Origin: Chara braunii
Lineage: Eukaryota; Plantae; Charophyceae
Direction: 5' to 3'
Assembly: GCA_003427395.1 (NCBI GenBank)
Contig: BFEA01000022.1
Location: 2,629,608-2,693,607, forward strand
DNA length: 64,000 nt
Shown here piece by piece: positions 53,098 through 64,000 of the stretch. Position 1 is the first letter of the stretch. Each line of letters begins with the position of its first letter. The translations under genes were made by a program, and so were the position numbers. Under the pieces are notes generated by a model. The model was given only the letters and a program-made list of their open reading frames with translations. It made no database searches and was not told the DNA's origin.

Positions 53098-55027
53098 ATG
53101 AGTGATGCAAGCACAAGTGAGGAGGAGTTGTTAGTGGACGACCGTAGGACTACTCATGGGACTGCTCGTTGTCGACCCTTTACGTTCTTGGAGTTAGGTC
53201 CAGGAGACGAGAGAAGATTGCAGAGAGAGGCTAGAGAGAGAGCAGCGGCAAGGAGAGTGAGGGCAGCTGAGGGTAGTGCTAGGGCTAGAGTTTCAGCTAG
53301 CATCAGCGCAGCCATGACTACTTCATCTATGTCACAAACCTCTTCACAGTCCACTTCCGCAGGAGTCAGTCAGAGTGGTTCTCAGGGGTCCATTAGTCAC
53401 AGTGCTAGCTTGCAAGTCAGCCAGCAGTCTCCACTCACGCCGGAGGACTTAGAAATCCGACAAGCAGAAGAACTTCAGGATGAGCTACAACGGCAGCTGG
53501 ACGAAGCAGCAGAGAGGAGAAGAAAAGCGATACTTAGAAAGGCTAGACTAGGGAATAGAATGCAGGAGCTAGGCAGGCTGGAAGGACTAGATGAGGCGGC
53601 ATTAGACCCTCTTGTTCGTATACTGCGTGGTGCTTTACTTTCAATGGCTGAAGCGCAGAATGTCCAGCAGGAATTGCTGGCCGAATTAGTGGCAGGCCGA
53701 AACAAATCCTGGCTGAACTTCGGGCTCCTCGCACAACGGTGAGGCAGCCGCGGTTTGCTGTAGTTCCCCCTGCGCGTGCGGGTCCTTCATCGATGCCGCA
53801 ACACACAGGGTCAACTTTCTCTCCTATGTTTGGCATACCCCCTCTAGGTGGTCTAGTAGCAACTAGTGGTCTGGTTCATTCAGTCTCAGTCGTACCATCT
53901 ACGACAGTGGTCACTACAGTCCCATTGTCAAGCCAGGCTCAGGTTAGTGTGCAACAGCCTGTTTCAGTGGCTATGCAGCCGCTGCAGCAAGCCCCTGGGC
54001 CCATGCAGCCTATGCAGTGGATGCCCAAGATAGCTTTGATGAGTCCCAAGCCCTTCTCTGGCGACAGGAAGAAGGATGAGGACTTAGACACCTGGGTGAG
54101 GATTGTGCCTACTTATGTGAGGCACAAGCTCACCAGGCCAGAGCAAGAAGTTGTAGTGGCTGCCTCCTTTTTAGAGGGGTCAGCAGCCCGCTGGTTGAAT
54201 GGCTTAGTGTAGCAGCAGGGCTACCGTCAAAACTTCGATGCTTGGGCACAGGCCCAAACATTGGAAGAGTTTGTACAGTCCGTCTGCAACAGGTGGCATG
54301 ACCCGCAAGGGGCTCAAAAGGCCACCGATGCTATCAACAATCTTTGTGCGAGAAGGTACAAAAATGTTAGAGAGTTGACGGACACCGTAGAACGCTTACT
54401 CGTGGTACCTGGTGTGCGTTTTGACCAGCAGGTTCTCCTAACGGATTACCTAAGTTGCCTACCTGCAGAGGTAAGGACCAAGCTGGTTGACGAGGCCTAT
54501 GTCGAACAGCACACCTTCGCTTCTTTTAGTAAGAAAGCTTTGGACATAGAAGCAAAGTTGGGATCTGCGCATCAGGTGTCCCATGATGGTAGGAAGAGAC
54601 TCCCCCAGGACTGGAAGAAGAAGGGTCAGTTAATGTTCGTTGACCATGATGGTCAAACGACGGAGATTGACGATTTCCCAGATCTTGGGGAGGTGACAGA
54701 GCACGAAGGGGCCAGTGAGACTACGGATGGGGGAGTCGTGGCACCTATCAAGGAAAAGGCTAGGGGGACCGGGAAGAAGAAGGTAGTACGGTCCACGAGT
54801 CAGGGCGACCAAGGGACACCCGCATGGGTGAAAATTGGCTTAGATTACGAGGTGTGGAGAGACCCAGGGGTACATGCATGAACTGTGGCAACTATGGCCA
54901 CACGTCCAGGACTTGCCGCAACAAGAAGGTCACCACGAAGGTAGCCTCACCAACGGTGGTGGGCTTATCTTCGAATCCTGGGAGTGCTTCTGCGAGCAGC
55001 TCACAGGGGAACACCTCGGGCCAGTAG
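53098..55027 (+). pseudogene. gag: Ty3/Gypsy gag (element 2), frameshifted and with a stop, with CCHC zinc knuckle
   Basis: ORFs 53098-53742, 53739-54212, 54261-54881 and 54824-55027 (CMNCGNYGHTSRTC). Confidence 0.9.
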
Positions 55028-55592
55028 GAGAGTTAGCCGCTCTTACTCGTGCTGAAGTGGTAACGTTGCCTTCCCCACTTCAGGCGTTGGCCAAGGCTAG
55101 TGACCCACACATCGCCCCGCATACACATTCAGACCCACTGACGCTCTGTTCAAGAGATGTGTCTGAGGCCCTAGAAGAGTTAGAGACTGAGTGGTCAGGG
55201 AAGGACCTCAGGGACTCTTGGGCGATGATCAGTAGAGGTCCAAAGGGTGAACATTTCGTGGTAGAAGTAGATGTAGGTGGCCGCAAGGTGGGCGCCTTCG
55301 CAGACATAGGCTCTACACGAAATTTCATCAGTTGTGCTTGTGTGGATAGACTGCGCTTAGGGGACCAAGTGCAGCGGCTTAGCAGAACTGTAGCTTCTAT
55401 GCTAGCCAACAAGCACCAAATGGTTGTCAAAGACTATGTCAAGGACGTAGCCTGCACCTTCTCCTATGGAGGAGGGGAAGTGATCCACAAGATCGACGAA
55501 TTGCCATTCGATATGCTACTAGGCATGTACTACCTCGAAGTCTCGCAACCTCAGTTTGACTGGGATAGAAAGTTGTTGATCCACGAATTGCC
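55006..55592 (+). pseudogene. pol: Gypsy aspartic protease region (pol, -1 frame relative to gag)
   Basis: VGAFADIGSTRNFI and DMLLGM motifs; interrupted by a LINE insertion. Confidence 0.85.
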
Positions 55593-57160
55593 TAGAGGTA
55601 CGCGCGGAAGAAACCCTGGCCGCCCTTTTCCACATTGGAAAGAAGAGCGCGCTCACCCGGTATACCCCGGAGGTGATAAGATGCTGGAGGAACTCTGAGC
55701 TGCACAGGATCCGTGTGATACAAGACAAAGAACTGTGGATCGCATACCAGCCTAACACCCCCGTGGCAAAGCTCCCAATGGACCCTGAGGAATGGCAGTG
55801 GTCCCCCCAGCACAAACGCAGAAGCGGGGAGAACAAAAAGCTGCACACCCTAACGATGAAAGCCACCTATCGGCTGCTGCGATCGAAAGTGAATATAAAG
55901 GAAAAGGTGAAACATCGATGGAGGTCCCACCTGAATCTAGGAACTGAAGCAATCCGGCCCATCAGATGGTTCTCCACCACCAAGTCCAGGCCGGCGAAGA
56001 TGGCCTCACTGCAATCGCAGATCGAACACCGATGCCTGCCCACCAATGACTGGTTAATTGACCGCACTTATCTAGAACAGAAGGGACGGGCGCTGCCATG
56101 GTGTACATCGTGCCACACGGCCTTTCCCTCCCGCAAAATCCCAGAAACCATCGAGCATATCTTTATGCAATGTCCTGGAGCGGTGCTTACATGGCGGTGG
56201 TGGGACAGGATCTGGACACGGCTTGCCACAGGCTCCAGATGGCCATGGGATTGGAGAGTCATTCTGTGTGAAACATGGTCCTCCCCCACGGACAGCACCT
56301 TTGAAAACAATGTGTTCAAATTGGGGAGGAGAGCTGTCATGTGGGCCCTCTCGAGAAAACGTTGTATCCTTGCAATAGAGGGGGTCCGCATAGCTGGAGA
56401 AGAAGTAACAGACACGATCAAACAGTTCATCCAACAAGAACTCAGGGTGCAGTGGCAAAAAACAAAAAATAACTTGGATCGGTTTCAGACAGCCAAAGAT
56501 ATAAAAAAAGCAATTCAACAATTCTCCGGGGACTGGTTGGGCGGAGAGGACGGTGGCTGGATTGCAGCGGTTCGATGGGACAGCGCACCCGAGCAGGAAC
56601 AGCACCAGGATGAGCTGAGGAGAGATTATTCTATCAACTTCAGAGATTGGACCACGGTGGGACAGGAGGTCCCATTGCGACCGCCCACTGACTTCCCGGA
56701 CCCTTTCCCGCCCCACCAGCTGGCCATGGTTGACATGCAATGGTACGGAGCAGAGTGAGCAGTGCGGGAGCAGAAGTCCTTTTTAGTTCAGTTTCAGTTC
56801 AGGGACGCTGGACCCGGTTTCCAGCAGCACAGGAGATTGGGCGGGTCGACGGAGGGAGGGACTAGTCTGTTGTAGTAGGTATCTGGCGCCGGTTCTAAGG
56901 TGAAGAGGTCCCCCCTCCCCCGCTTCCTGCGCAGTCAATCCCCTGGATACCAGGGTAATCAATGCTGGCAGGAAAACTTTCACAACTGTATCTTTCTGAC
57001 ATATTCCAGTTTAAATTGTATAAGGGACGTTGGGCCTGGTTCCCAGCAGGTGATGCTCCCCACCAATAGATGGAGCCTCCCCCCAGGTGCTAGTGGTGTC
57101 TTCTCTTATCAGCACCACTAACACTGGTGGGGGCGTTTCTCAAAAAAAAAAAAAAAAAAA
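55593..57160 (+). mobile_element. 5'-truncated L1-like LINE with poly(A) tail inserted between PR and RT
   Basis: ORF 55673-56758 with zf-RVT-type motif (CTSC...ETIEHIFMQC), 3' stem-loop at ~57079-57133, and poly(A) at 57142-57160. Pol resumes afterwards (IVRLQKYK). Confidence 0.88.
55673..56758 (+). CDS. LINE ORF2 C-terminal fragment (zf-RVT)
   Basis: CLPTN...C-x2-C...ETIEHIF-x-C...W-rich pattern typical of plant L1 ORF2 ends. Confidence 0.75.
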   Translation: MIRCWRNSELHRIRVIQDKELWIAYQPNTPVAKLPMDPEEWQWSPQHKRRSGENKKLHTLTMKATYRLLRSKVNIKEKVKHRWRSHLNLGTEAIRPIRWFSTTKSRPAKMASLQSQIEHRCLPTNDWLIDRTYLEQKGRALPWCTSCHTAFPSRKIPETIEHIFMQCPGAVLTWRWWDRIWTRLATGSRWPWDWRVILCETWSSPTDSTFENNVFKLGRRAVMWALSRKRCILAIEGVRIAGEEVTDTIKQFIQQELRVQWQKTKNNLDRFQTAKDIKKAIQQFSGDWLGGEDGGWIAAVRWDSAPEQEQHQDELRRDYSINFRDWTTVGQEVPLRPPTDFPDPFPPHQLAMVDMQWYGAE

Positions 57161-58363
57161 ATTGTTAGATTGCAGAAGTATAAAGCTAGCAGTCTAATAG
57201 AAAATTGCGGGTGTATGTGTGCTTCATCCTTCTATAACTACTATAAGCAGAATCGAGAGGAGGGCATGTATCTAGTCTTTGTCTCTAAGAAAGGGGAGGC
57301 TGTTAAATCACCCCCAAAGATAGAGAAAGTCGTCGCACAATATTCAGACCTTTTTGAGGAGCCCAAAGTCGTGATGGAAAGGGAGGTTGTACATGGGATA
57401 GAGATTGTCCCAGGTAGCAAGGCGCCTAGAGGACGGATCTATAGGATGTCTCCCGCGGAGTTAGATGAGCTTCGCCGCCAGCTCAAGGAGCTCACAGAGA
57501 AGGGATGGATACGGCCTCGTACCTCCTCTTATGGTGCGCCAGTCTTATTTGTCCCAAAGAAGGGAGGTCTATTAAGGATTTGCATTGACTATAGGGGTCT
57601 CAATGCCATCACCGTTAAGAACGCTGAGCCCCTACCTCGCATTGACGACCTCTTGGATAGAGTGCAGGGATGCCGGTACTTCACAAAGATAGATCTGAAT
57701 TCCGGATACCATCAAATTGTCGTTAGACCTGAGGACCAGCACAAAACCGCATTTCAGACCAGGTACGGTCTGTACGAGTTTGTGGTGATGCCTTTTGGCC
57801 TATGCAATGCGCCTGGTACATTTCAGCACGCGATGAACCGGATATTTCATGAGTACTTGGACAAGTTTATCGTCGTGTACCTCGATGATATTCTTATCCT
57901 TAGTAGGACTGTAGAGGAGCACGCTGAGCACTTGAAAACAGTGCTAGGTCTCCTAAGACAGCACCAGTACAAGGTAAAATTGGATAAATGCGAGTTTGGT
58001 CGCACCAAGATCTTGTACTTGGGTCATGAAATTTCAGCAGATGGATTGAGGCCAGAAGATGCGAAGGTGTCCAGCATACGTGACTGACCCAGACCTCGGA
58101 CTGTTACTGAGGTCAGATCGTTTTTGGGGATGACGGGCTACTATCGTCCGTTTGTGAAGAACTATAGTACTATAGCTTCCCCATTAACAGATCTAGCTCG
58201 ACTTGACACCCCTTGGGAGTGGTCTGAAGAGTGTGAAGCAAGCTTCAAGAAATTGAAGTATGCTCTGACACACTACGAAGTTCTCAAACTTTCGGATCCT
58301 GACGAGCCATTTATTGTGACCACATACGCTAAGCCAATATGGCATAGGCGCGGTCCTTGCGCA
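57161..58363 (+). pseudogene. pol: Gypsy reverse transcriptase and start of RNase H (element 2), truncated
   Basis: ORF 57170-58087 has IDYRGLN, FTKIDL, MPFGLCNAP and YLDD. In-frame stop at 58085-58087; ends abruptly after GIGAVLAQ. Confidence 0.93.
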
Positions 58364-59292
58364 ACGTGTCGCAACTGCCTGGACCCCAAATATGAAATTG
58401 ACAGTTGAGGGCCTCTTGCGTAAGCCAGGCCCGCCTTCACTTAGGGCGGGCAATGCTGCAAACAGGGCCCCATAGGCCTACCGAGGACCCTGATCCTCGC
58501 ATTCCCTCCTCCTTTACTTCGTAAGTCCTTTGAGAAGTCTCTTATTCTGCAGGCATCTTCCCCTTGAGTGCTCTTTCATAGCCTGCGATCACTTGCGGTG
58601 CTGTTCTCACGAGTTCTTCTCGTGTGAACCACTGGTCTTCTTTAGGATCCAGATGATGTTTGAAGCTCACACGATACTGCATTCTCAGTTTAGGTGGTCG
58701 CCCTCTGCCTGATGGTCGAGGGACAGGCATCACTCGATGCTCGGCGATCTGGTCAATGTCCACTTCGCCATCCATGGTTGGGGGCAGCATTGATCTTCTG
58801 GAAGGGAACTGATCAGTGGCAGTGAAAGGTGCCAGCTTGGAGGCATGAAACACTGGGTAGGTGCGTAGGTGTGCAGGAATACGGATCACGTATGAAGGCC
58901 CATCCGGTTGATCCCCTACAATGGCCAAGATCTCCCAGGGTCCAAAATACTGCGCATCAGTTTTCTAGAGATCCCCATCTCCTGACCTAGTTCAGATGAC
59001 TTTACCCAGACTCTATCACCTACCTGAAAGTTAGAGGGCCGTCTATGCTTATTCTCGGATGTGATCATAGCATCCTGAGACTTCTTAATATGTTCAACGG
59101 CCTGCTGCAGCAAAGTCTATGCTGCCAGGTGCTGCAGTGGATTGTCTTTCTGGTAGCAGGAAGTCAAGGGCAGTTCTGGGCTTCCAACCAAGATGTAACT
59201 GGTTGGGAGTCATACCGGTAGTACTGTGCACAGCATTGTTGTACAAGCTGGCGACGAGCGGTAACTTCTCATCCCAGTCATCCTGACTTGGC
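58364..59292 (-). mobile_element. pol: Inverted Gypsy 3' fragment: integrase C-terminus, chromodomain, PPT and first ~140 bp of LTR
   Basis: ORFs 59094-59366, 58916-59113 and 58542-58928 (PVFHASKL, chromodomain). PPT GGAGGAGGGAA, then LTR start TGCGAGGATC at 58501. Confidence 0.88.
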
Positions 59293-61086
59293 TTAAACCA
59301 CCAGTACCTTCCGGAGCACTCTGCCGAACCTCTCTTTTTTCCATCCGACAAACCTCTTTGTCTCATTGGAATGCAACTGATAATTGGTCGTGGTACGGGG
59401 AGCTACCGGTCCTTCGACACGGGCGACCAGTACTGTGCTGGTTTCGTTTTTTATTTTTCCTTTCTTTTTCATTTGTTTCCCCCCTTTTTTTTTTTTTTTT
59501 ATTCTCGTGGTTTTCCTTTTATCCCATTGGGCACTCTGGTACTGGCAGAGGAGCTGTAGAAGGCATGAATAACGGGCTCTTTGCCAGCAAAAAAAACGGA
59601 AAAAAAAAAAAAAAACGAGCTTGGAAGTTGGGGGCACGAGGGAGTTAGGGCCTCGCTCCACTACAATCAAAATGCTCGAAAGACAAACTTTGGGGGCGTA
59701 TATGTGCTGTTTTTTTTTTCCCCCTTTGTCCTTTTCCCCATTGGGCACTCGAGTATTGGCAGGCGAGCCGCAGAAGGCATAAATGGCGGACTCGTTGTCA
59801 GTGCTACGAACTGGACTCTTGTGTTGATAGGAGAGAGTATGTTCTCCATGAACATTGGTTTTCAGTGCTACGAACCTCCATTGGTGTATTATTGGTGCAA
59901 TGCTGCTCTCTGGACACAGTGTGACTATCTGGCTTTCAATGTGATGGTGTGAACTGGAACTGTCATCTCGCTGTTGCTTATCAGCAAAGATCAGCGGTGA
60001 AGATCGGACACTTTTTTTTTTTCTGAGTAGAGGGGCCTTACCAGCCCCGGTTCTTCTTTCTGGTACCAGCGGTGGGGTCTTTGAGGGCCAAAAAACGAAC
60101 CAGGCCCCCCCTAAAAGAAATCCTGCCCTCCCCTGCATATGCAGGCCGGTCAAAGTTGTAGTTCGACTGTCTAGCCGGAAATGGCTTCGCTCGCCATTCG
60201 AGTATCCCGGGGTCGACGCTGTAAGGCATGGGGGCAGCTGTCCGTAGTAGGGGAAGATGGCCTGTGGCCGGGGTGTTGGGCCAAAGCGAGGATGGAACAT
60301 AAGGAATGCTGATGTTTGGGGTGAAGAGCGGCGATTACTAGCTTAGTGCAAGCTTAGGCTTCCACAGGAAGAATAGCAGAAAACTTCTTGTATTTCCAGG
60401 CGAACTTAGGCTGTGGTGAGGGGTGGTAAATCCCTCCCGAGGTAAGTAATCAATGCTGTGCACTTGGGCCTCCCAGCCATAATGGGGAGAAGCGTGTGTG
60501 AGTAACTGTTGTATCTCTTTTGTCAGGGGAGGAACCAGACTGCTGCTCGCCAGAATGGATATGGAGCCATAACCCTGAGGTTCTGTTTCGAAAGGGGGGG
60601 AGGGGGGGGGGGGCNCCCTGGCCCCAACAAAAATGCACTGGGGTTAGGGAGCAAGGTACATAGAGACAGTAAATGACATGGGAGTTAGGTGAGGGATGGC
60701 AAGGTATCCCAAACAGGTTAAAACATATAGCATGATAGCTGGGTAAAGGTAGATTAAGTAGGAAGTGATGATACAATAGTCTGTGGAGTTTGATAGGCGG
60801 CCTGAAAAACTGCAAGGTAGGCCCCTCCCCTCGCCCTGTCTCTCTGAGGATCCTTCTTCTGTGTGTCTGCGTGCTGCTAGGAAGCCTCCCGGCCAGCAGG
60901 GTGGCCCCCAGAGAAAGACCATGGTTTTGGGGGGTGGGCCCCCTTTAGCAGGTTCCCCCTTGGTAGACGATCAATGCCACAAGGGTTGGGCTGTTCCCCT
61001 CTCTGATCTGATTTCCCCCCTTTCTTTGGATGTACAAACATGCTTGCCGGTGACAAGTAACTGCTGGCCCGCAGAATAGAAGGGGC

Positions 61087-61309
61087 TTTGTTTGTTTGTT
61101 TGTTTGTTTGTTTGTTTGTTCGTTCGTTCGTTCGTTCGTTCGTTCGTTCGTTCGTTCGTTCGTTCGTTCGTTCGTTCGTTCGTTCGTTCGTTCGTTCGTT
61201 CGTTCGTTCGTTNGTTCGTTCGTTCGTTCGTTCGTTCGTTCGTTCGTTCGTTCGTTCGTTCGTTCGTTCGTTCGTTCGTTCGTTCGTTCGTTCGTTCGTT
61301 CGTTCGTTT
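61087..61309. repeat. (TTTG)n/(TTCG)n tetranucleotide microsatellite
   Basis: Direct observation. Confidence 0.95.
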
Positions 61310-62397
61310 GTAAACAGAACCTCTCGGTTCTGGCTCCTGCCATTCTGGGGAGCAACAGTCCAGTTCCTATTCCCCCGGCAAGTCAAATATGGATACAATA
61401 AAGACACCCGCACGCTCCTCCCCATTATGGTTGAGAGGCCCGAGTGGACGAAATTGATTACTTCCCTAGGGAAGGATGTACCACCCCTCACCCCTGCCCA
61501 AGTTAGCCTGTATCTTCTACCTTCTGATTCTCTGAGCCACCTGGCTCCTAGCTCCTCTCAACTGAGAGCTGTCGGATGAACCTGAATGCTAGAGCTGATG
61601 TCCAGGGGCGAGGTCCCACTAGCAACGGGATAGGATTTGAGTGACCCAAATCCTGTCGTGCACTACTCGTGATCCCACCGTTAGTATTTTACATGTATTA
61701 CCCGAAAAAGTAATGAGATCTTCGTTCCCCTCCTCCTCTCCTTAACACTGGGCATGCCCGTGCAAAGACAGCTTCCCGCCAGAATCTTTTCAATCGGTTG
61801 GGGTTGTGGCCAACCCCAAAAGAGGTTGGGGTCGGCCTTAGCCCACTGGATAGAAGATTTTCAGCATTTTACTTGCTGTTGTGCAATTATCTCATTGGGT
61901 GGAGCCCTCCTTCAATCACGGAGTATATGGAGGGTGTCAGGATGACTGCTGTCAGAAGTCGAGTTTTATTCCAGAAAATGTGGCGGTTACTTTGTTCACT
62001 GTTTTTGCAACCACCACCATCAGATTATTTGTGATCTGATGGCTGGGAAGCACTCTACCGTGACTTCCTGTGGGAGGTTGCTGGTTTTTTTTTTTTTTTT
62101 GGCCTTTTTCCTGCTTTCCCAGCCCAAAAATTCGTAATGAACTTGTCTGGCCGCTGCCACTCAGTGTCACACTGGATCGGCCACACTCCTATCCAACTGC
62201 TAATGGGACCTCGTCCCAGGGCTGGCGTCTAAAAAAGTTTGCTAGACATGTTTCTAGTACTTTCTACCCATCTCGACCCTGTTTTAACAAATAACATATT
62301 CGTATCTTGATTAGAGCACGGATTTTCTAGACCGCGTTTGTGGTAAAAAAGATCTGCTCCATTTTTTTTATTATTTTTGGGGGGAGCGACAGTCCTG

Positions 62398-64000
62398 TTT
62401 TTTTTTGTTTTTTTTTTTTAATAATTAAAACTGTAAAACCCTAAACCCTCATCCGGTAACCATTACCAACGCCTTTGGGACTCTTGGAATCCCCTCCTAT
62501 GCTGGGTTGTGTTGCTACGTTTCTAGGCCCTTGACTGTTCTCCTTGAGTGTCCTACCCATTTTTTAATTCCCTTAAAAAGTATCACTAGAACCCTAAACC
62601 CTAAAACCCTCATCCTGTGTCCTTTGACCAATATTTCTGATCTGTCCTTTCTATACTGCCTCCCCGTTTACCCTCTCTTCCTCTTCACCCCTCTCTCCAT
62701 TTGAAAATCAGATGTGGTCCTTGAATAGTTGCTACTGCCCCATTGCCTAGCGTATTCTGCTTGAAGCGTTTCATGATGGCTTCCTCTTGCTCGGGCTGTT
62801 GACGTACTTGATTCTTCACTACTTTCCACTGAGCCTTGAGATGAGTTTCGAGCAGTGTGAGGAGGATCTCCTTTGCCTCTTGTTCATGCATTAATGCACC
62901 GTCCAGTGTGGCTTGGCATCGACGCTTATAAATAGTCCAGAGACAGTACTGACGTATCAACTGGAACATATGTTTCTAAAAAGGTTGCCACTGCTTGGGA
63001 CCCCGCACTCCCAACAATAAAGATAACTTCGAATCCGGGAAGGCAATCTGGGCTACTTGGCCCCAGATACCCTTGACTTTGTACCACATCGCAGATGCCT
63101 CTACGCATTCTATTAGGCAGTGCTGCATTGTTTCTGGTATTCCTTCCTGACACACCCTGCATATCTCACTCTCCTCACTTCTCTGTCTGTGGCTTCTTCT
63201 TTCGTTGAGCCATACGTTCACTGGGAGTGCTACGTGCGCTATTAGCCATTGCATACTCCTGATTGGTCCCAATCTTATCGCTCCTATGTTTGCCCAAGGA
63301 ATTTTTGACAGCTGTCCTCTGGGGACCCCTACCCTCTTCTCCCATCTCTTTAGCAGCGTGGGTGTCGTGGAGAAAGATGGGCTCCTCAATCTATAACCTA
63401 TTCTCGTGGTGTAGTGCAAAATGTTTATTCTCCTAGACGCTCCTGTTTGACCAATTCTAATGTTCCATGCCCATTCCGCCGGGTCCACTTCCAAATCCGC
63501 AATTGGAACCGCCGAGTTGTATACCGTGAATTCCTCCGTCTCCACCACCCTCACCTTCCGCAAGTAGTTTTTCAGAACGAGTAACTGTATTTTGGACTCG
63601 CTATCCAATTTAGACGTGGTAATGGTTGGATTGAGGATGTCATACTTATCCGCTATTAGGCAATCCGGTCTGTAAGGCTGTAGTCCCCAGATCCTGAAGA
63701 CCTCCTTAGGTTCTTCGTCGTCTTCCCACGTGGCCCAATCTCCCAGCCCCCACTGTGTCCTTGATTGCAGCAGTTGTTTCCATGCTTGCGGTATGGCTCC
63801 CAAGACAATTCCCAGGTTTTGTGATAATTTGTGACTTCCTTTCAGTTGCGTCTTTATTTCTGAGACCGTTTTCCACCTCCTCTCTCCCTCTATCCAAAGA
63901 TGTTTGACCTTCCACACCCCGTGCTCCAACCACCTTCCCCACTTCGTATCCATCGCCGAGAGCATCAATGGTTTTCCCTGTCCGTCTTTAATGCCCGAAT
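62398..64000 (-). mobile_element. L1-like LINE 3' region (ORF2 C-terminus, frameshifted), continuing beyond the window
   Basis: ORFs 62976-63968 and 62685-62969 with CRVC...ETMQHCLIEC. T-run at 62398-62419 corresponds to the poly(A) tail. Confidence 0.85.

Overview
Repeat-saturated eukaryotic DNA, probably a streptophyte alga or plant (plant-type U6, an ACA-type Ca2+-ATPase exon, chromoviral Ty3/Gypsy elements; Chara-like, which is inference only). The only host coding sequence I recognise is one 75-bp exon of a P2B Ca2+-ATPase (10622-10696, +). About 27 kb belongs to five copies of one non-coding mobile element family (2862-7795, 16579-32207, nested 16615-27568, 33992-39324, 45424-46325). 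The copies share TGTCG...CGACA-type ends, CpG-centred 4-bp target-site duplications (NCGY), a subterminal palindrome and a conserved structured opposite end, but range from 0.9 to 11 kb. Three copies carry U6 snRNA-derived sequence. The 11-kb copy has a near full-length U6 with a rewritten ACAGAGA box and an array of 16 covarying stem-loops separated by dissimilar spacers (20446-21630); this is the best candidate for an undescribed system. The right third holds two decayed chromoviral Gypsy elements that share one LTR and have inverted segments, plus nested TTAA-targeting TIR elements, a solo LTR and two LINE 3' regions. Also present: a U6 retropseudogene with poly(A) and TSD, a TA-flanked MITE, microsatellites and assembly gaps.
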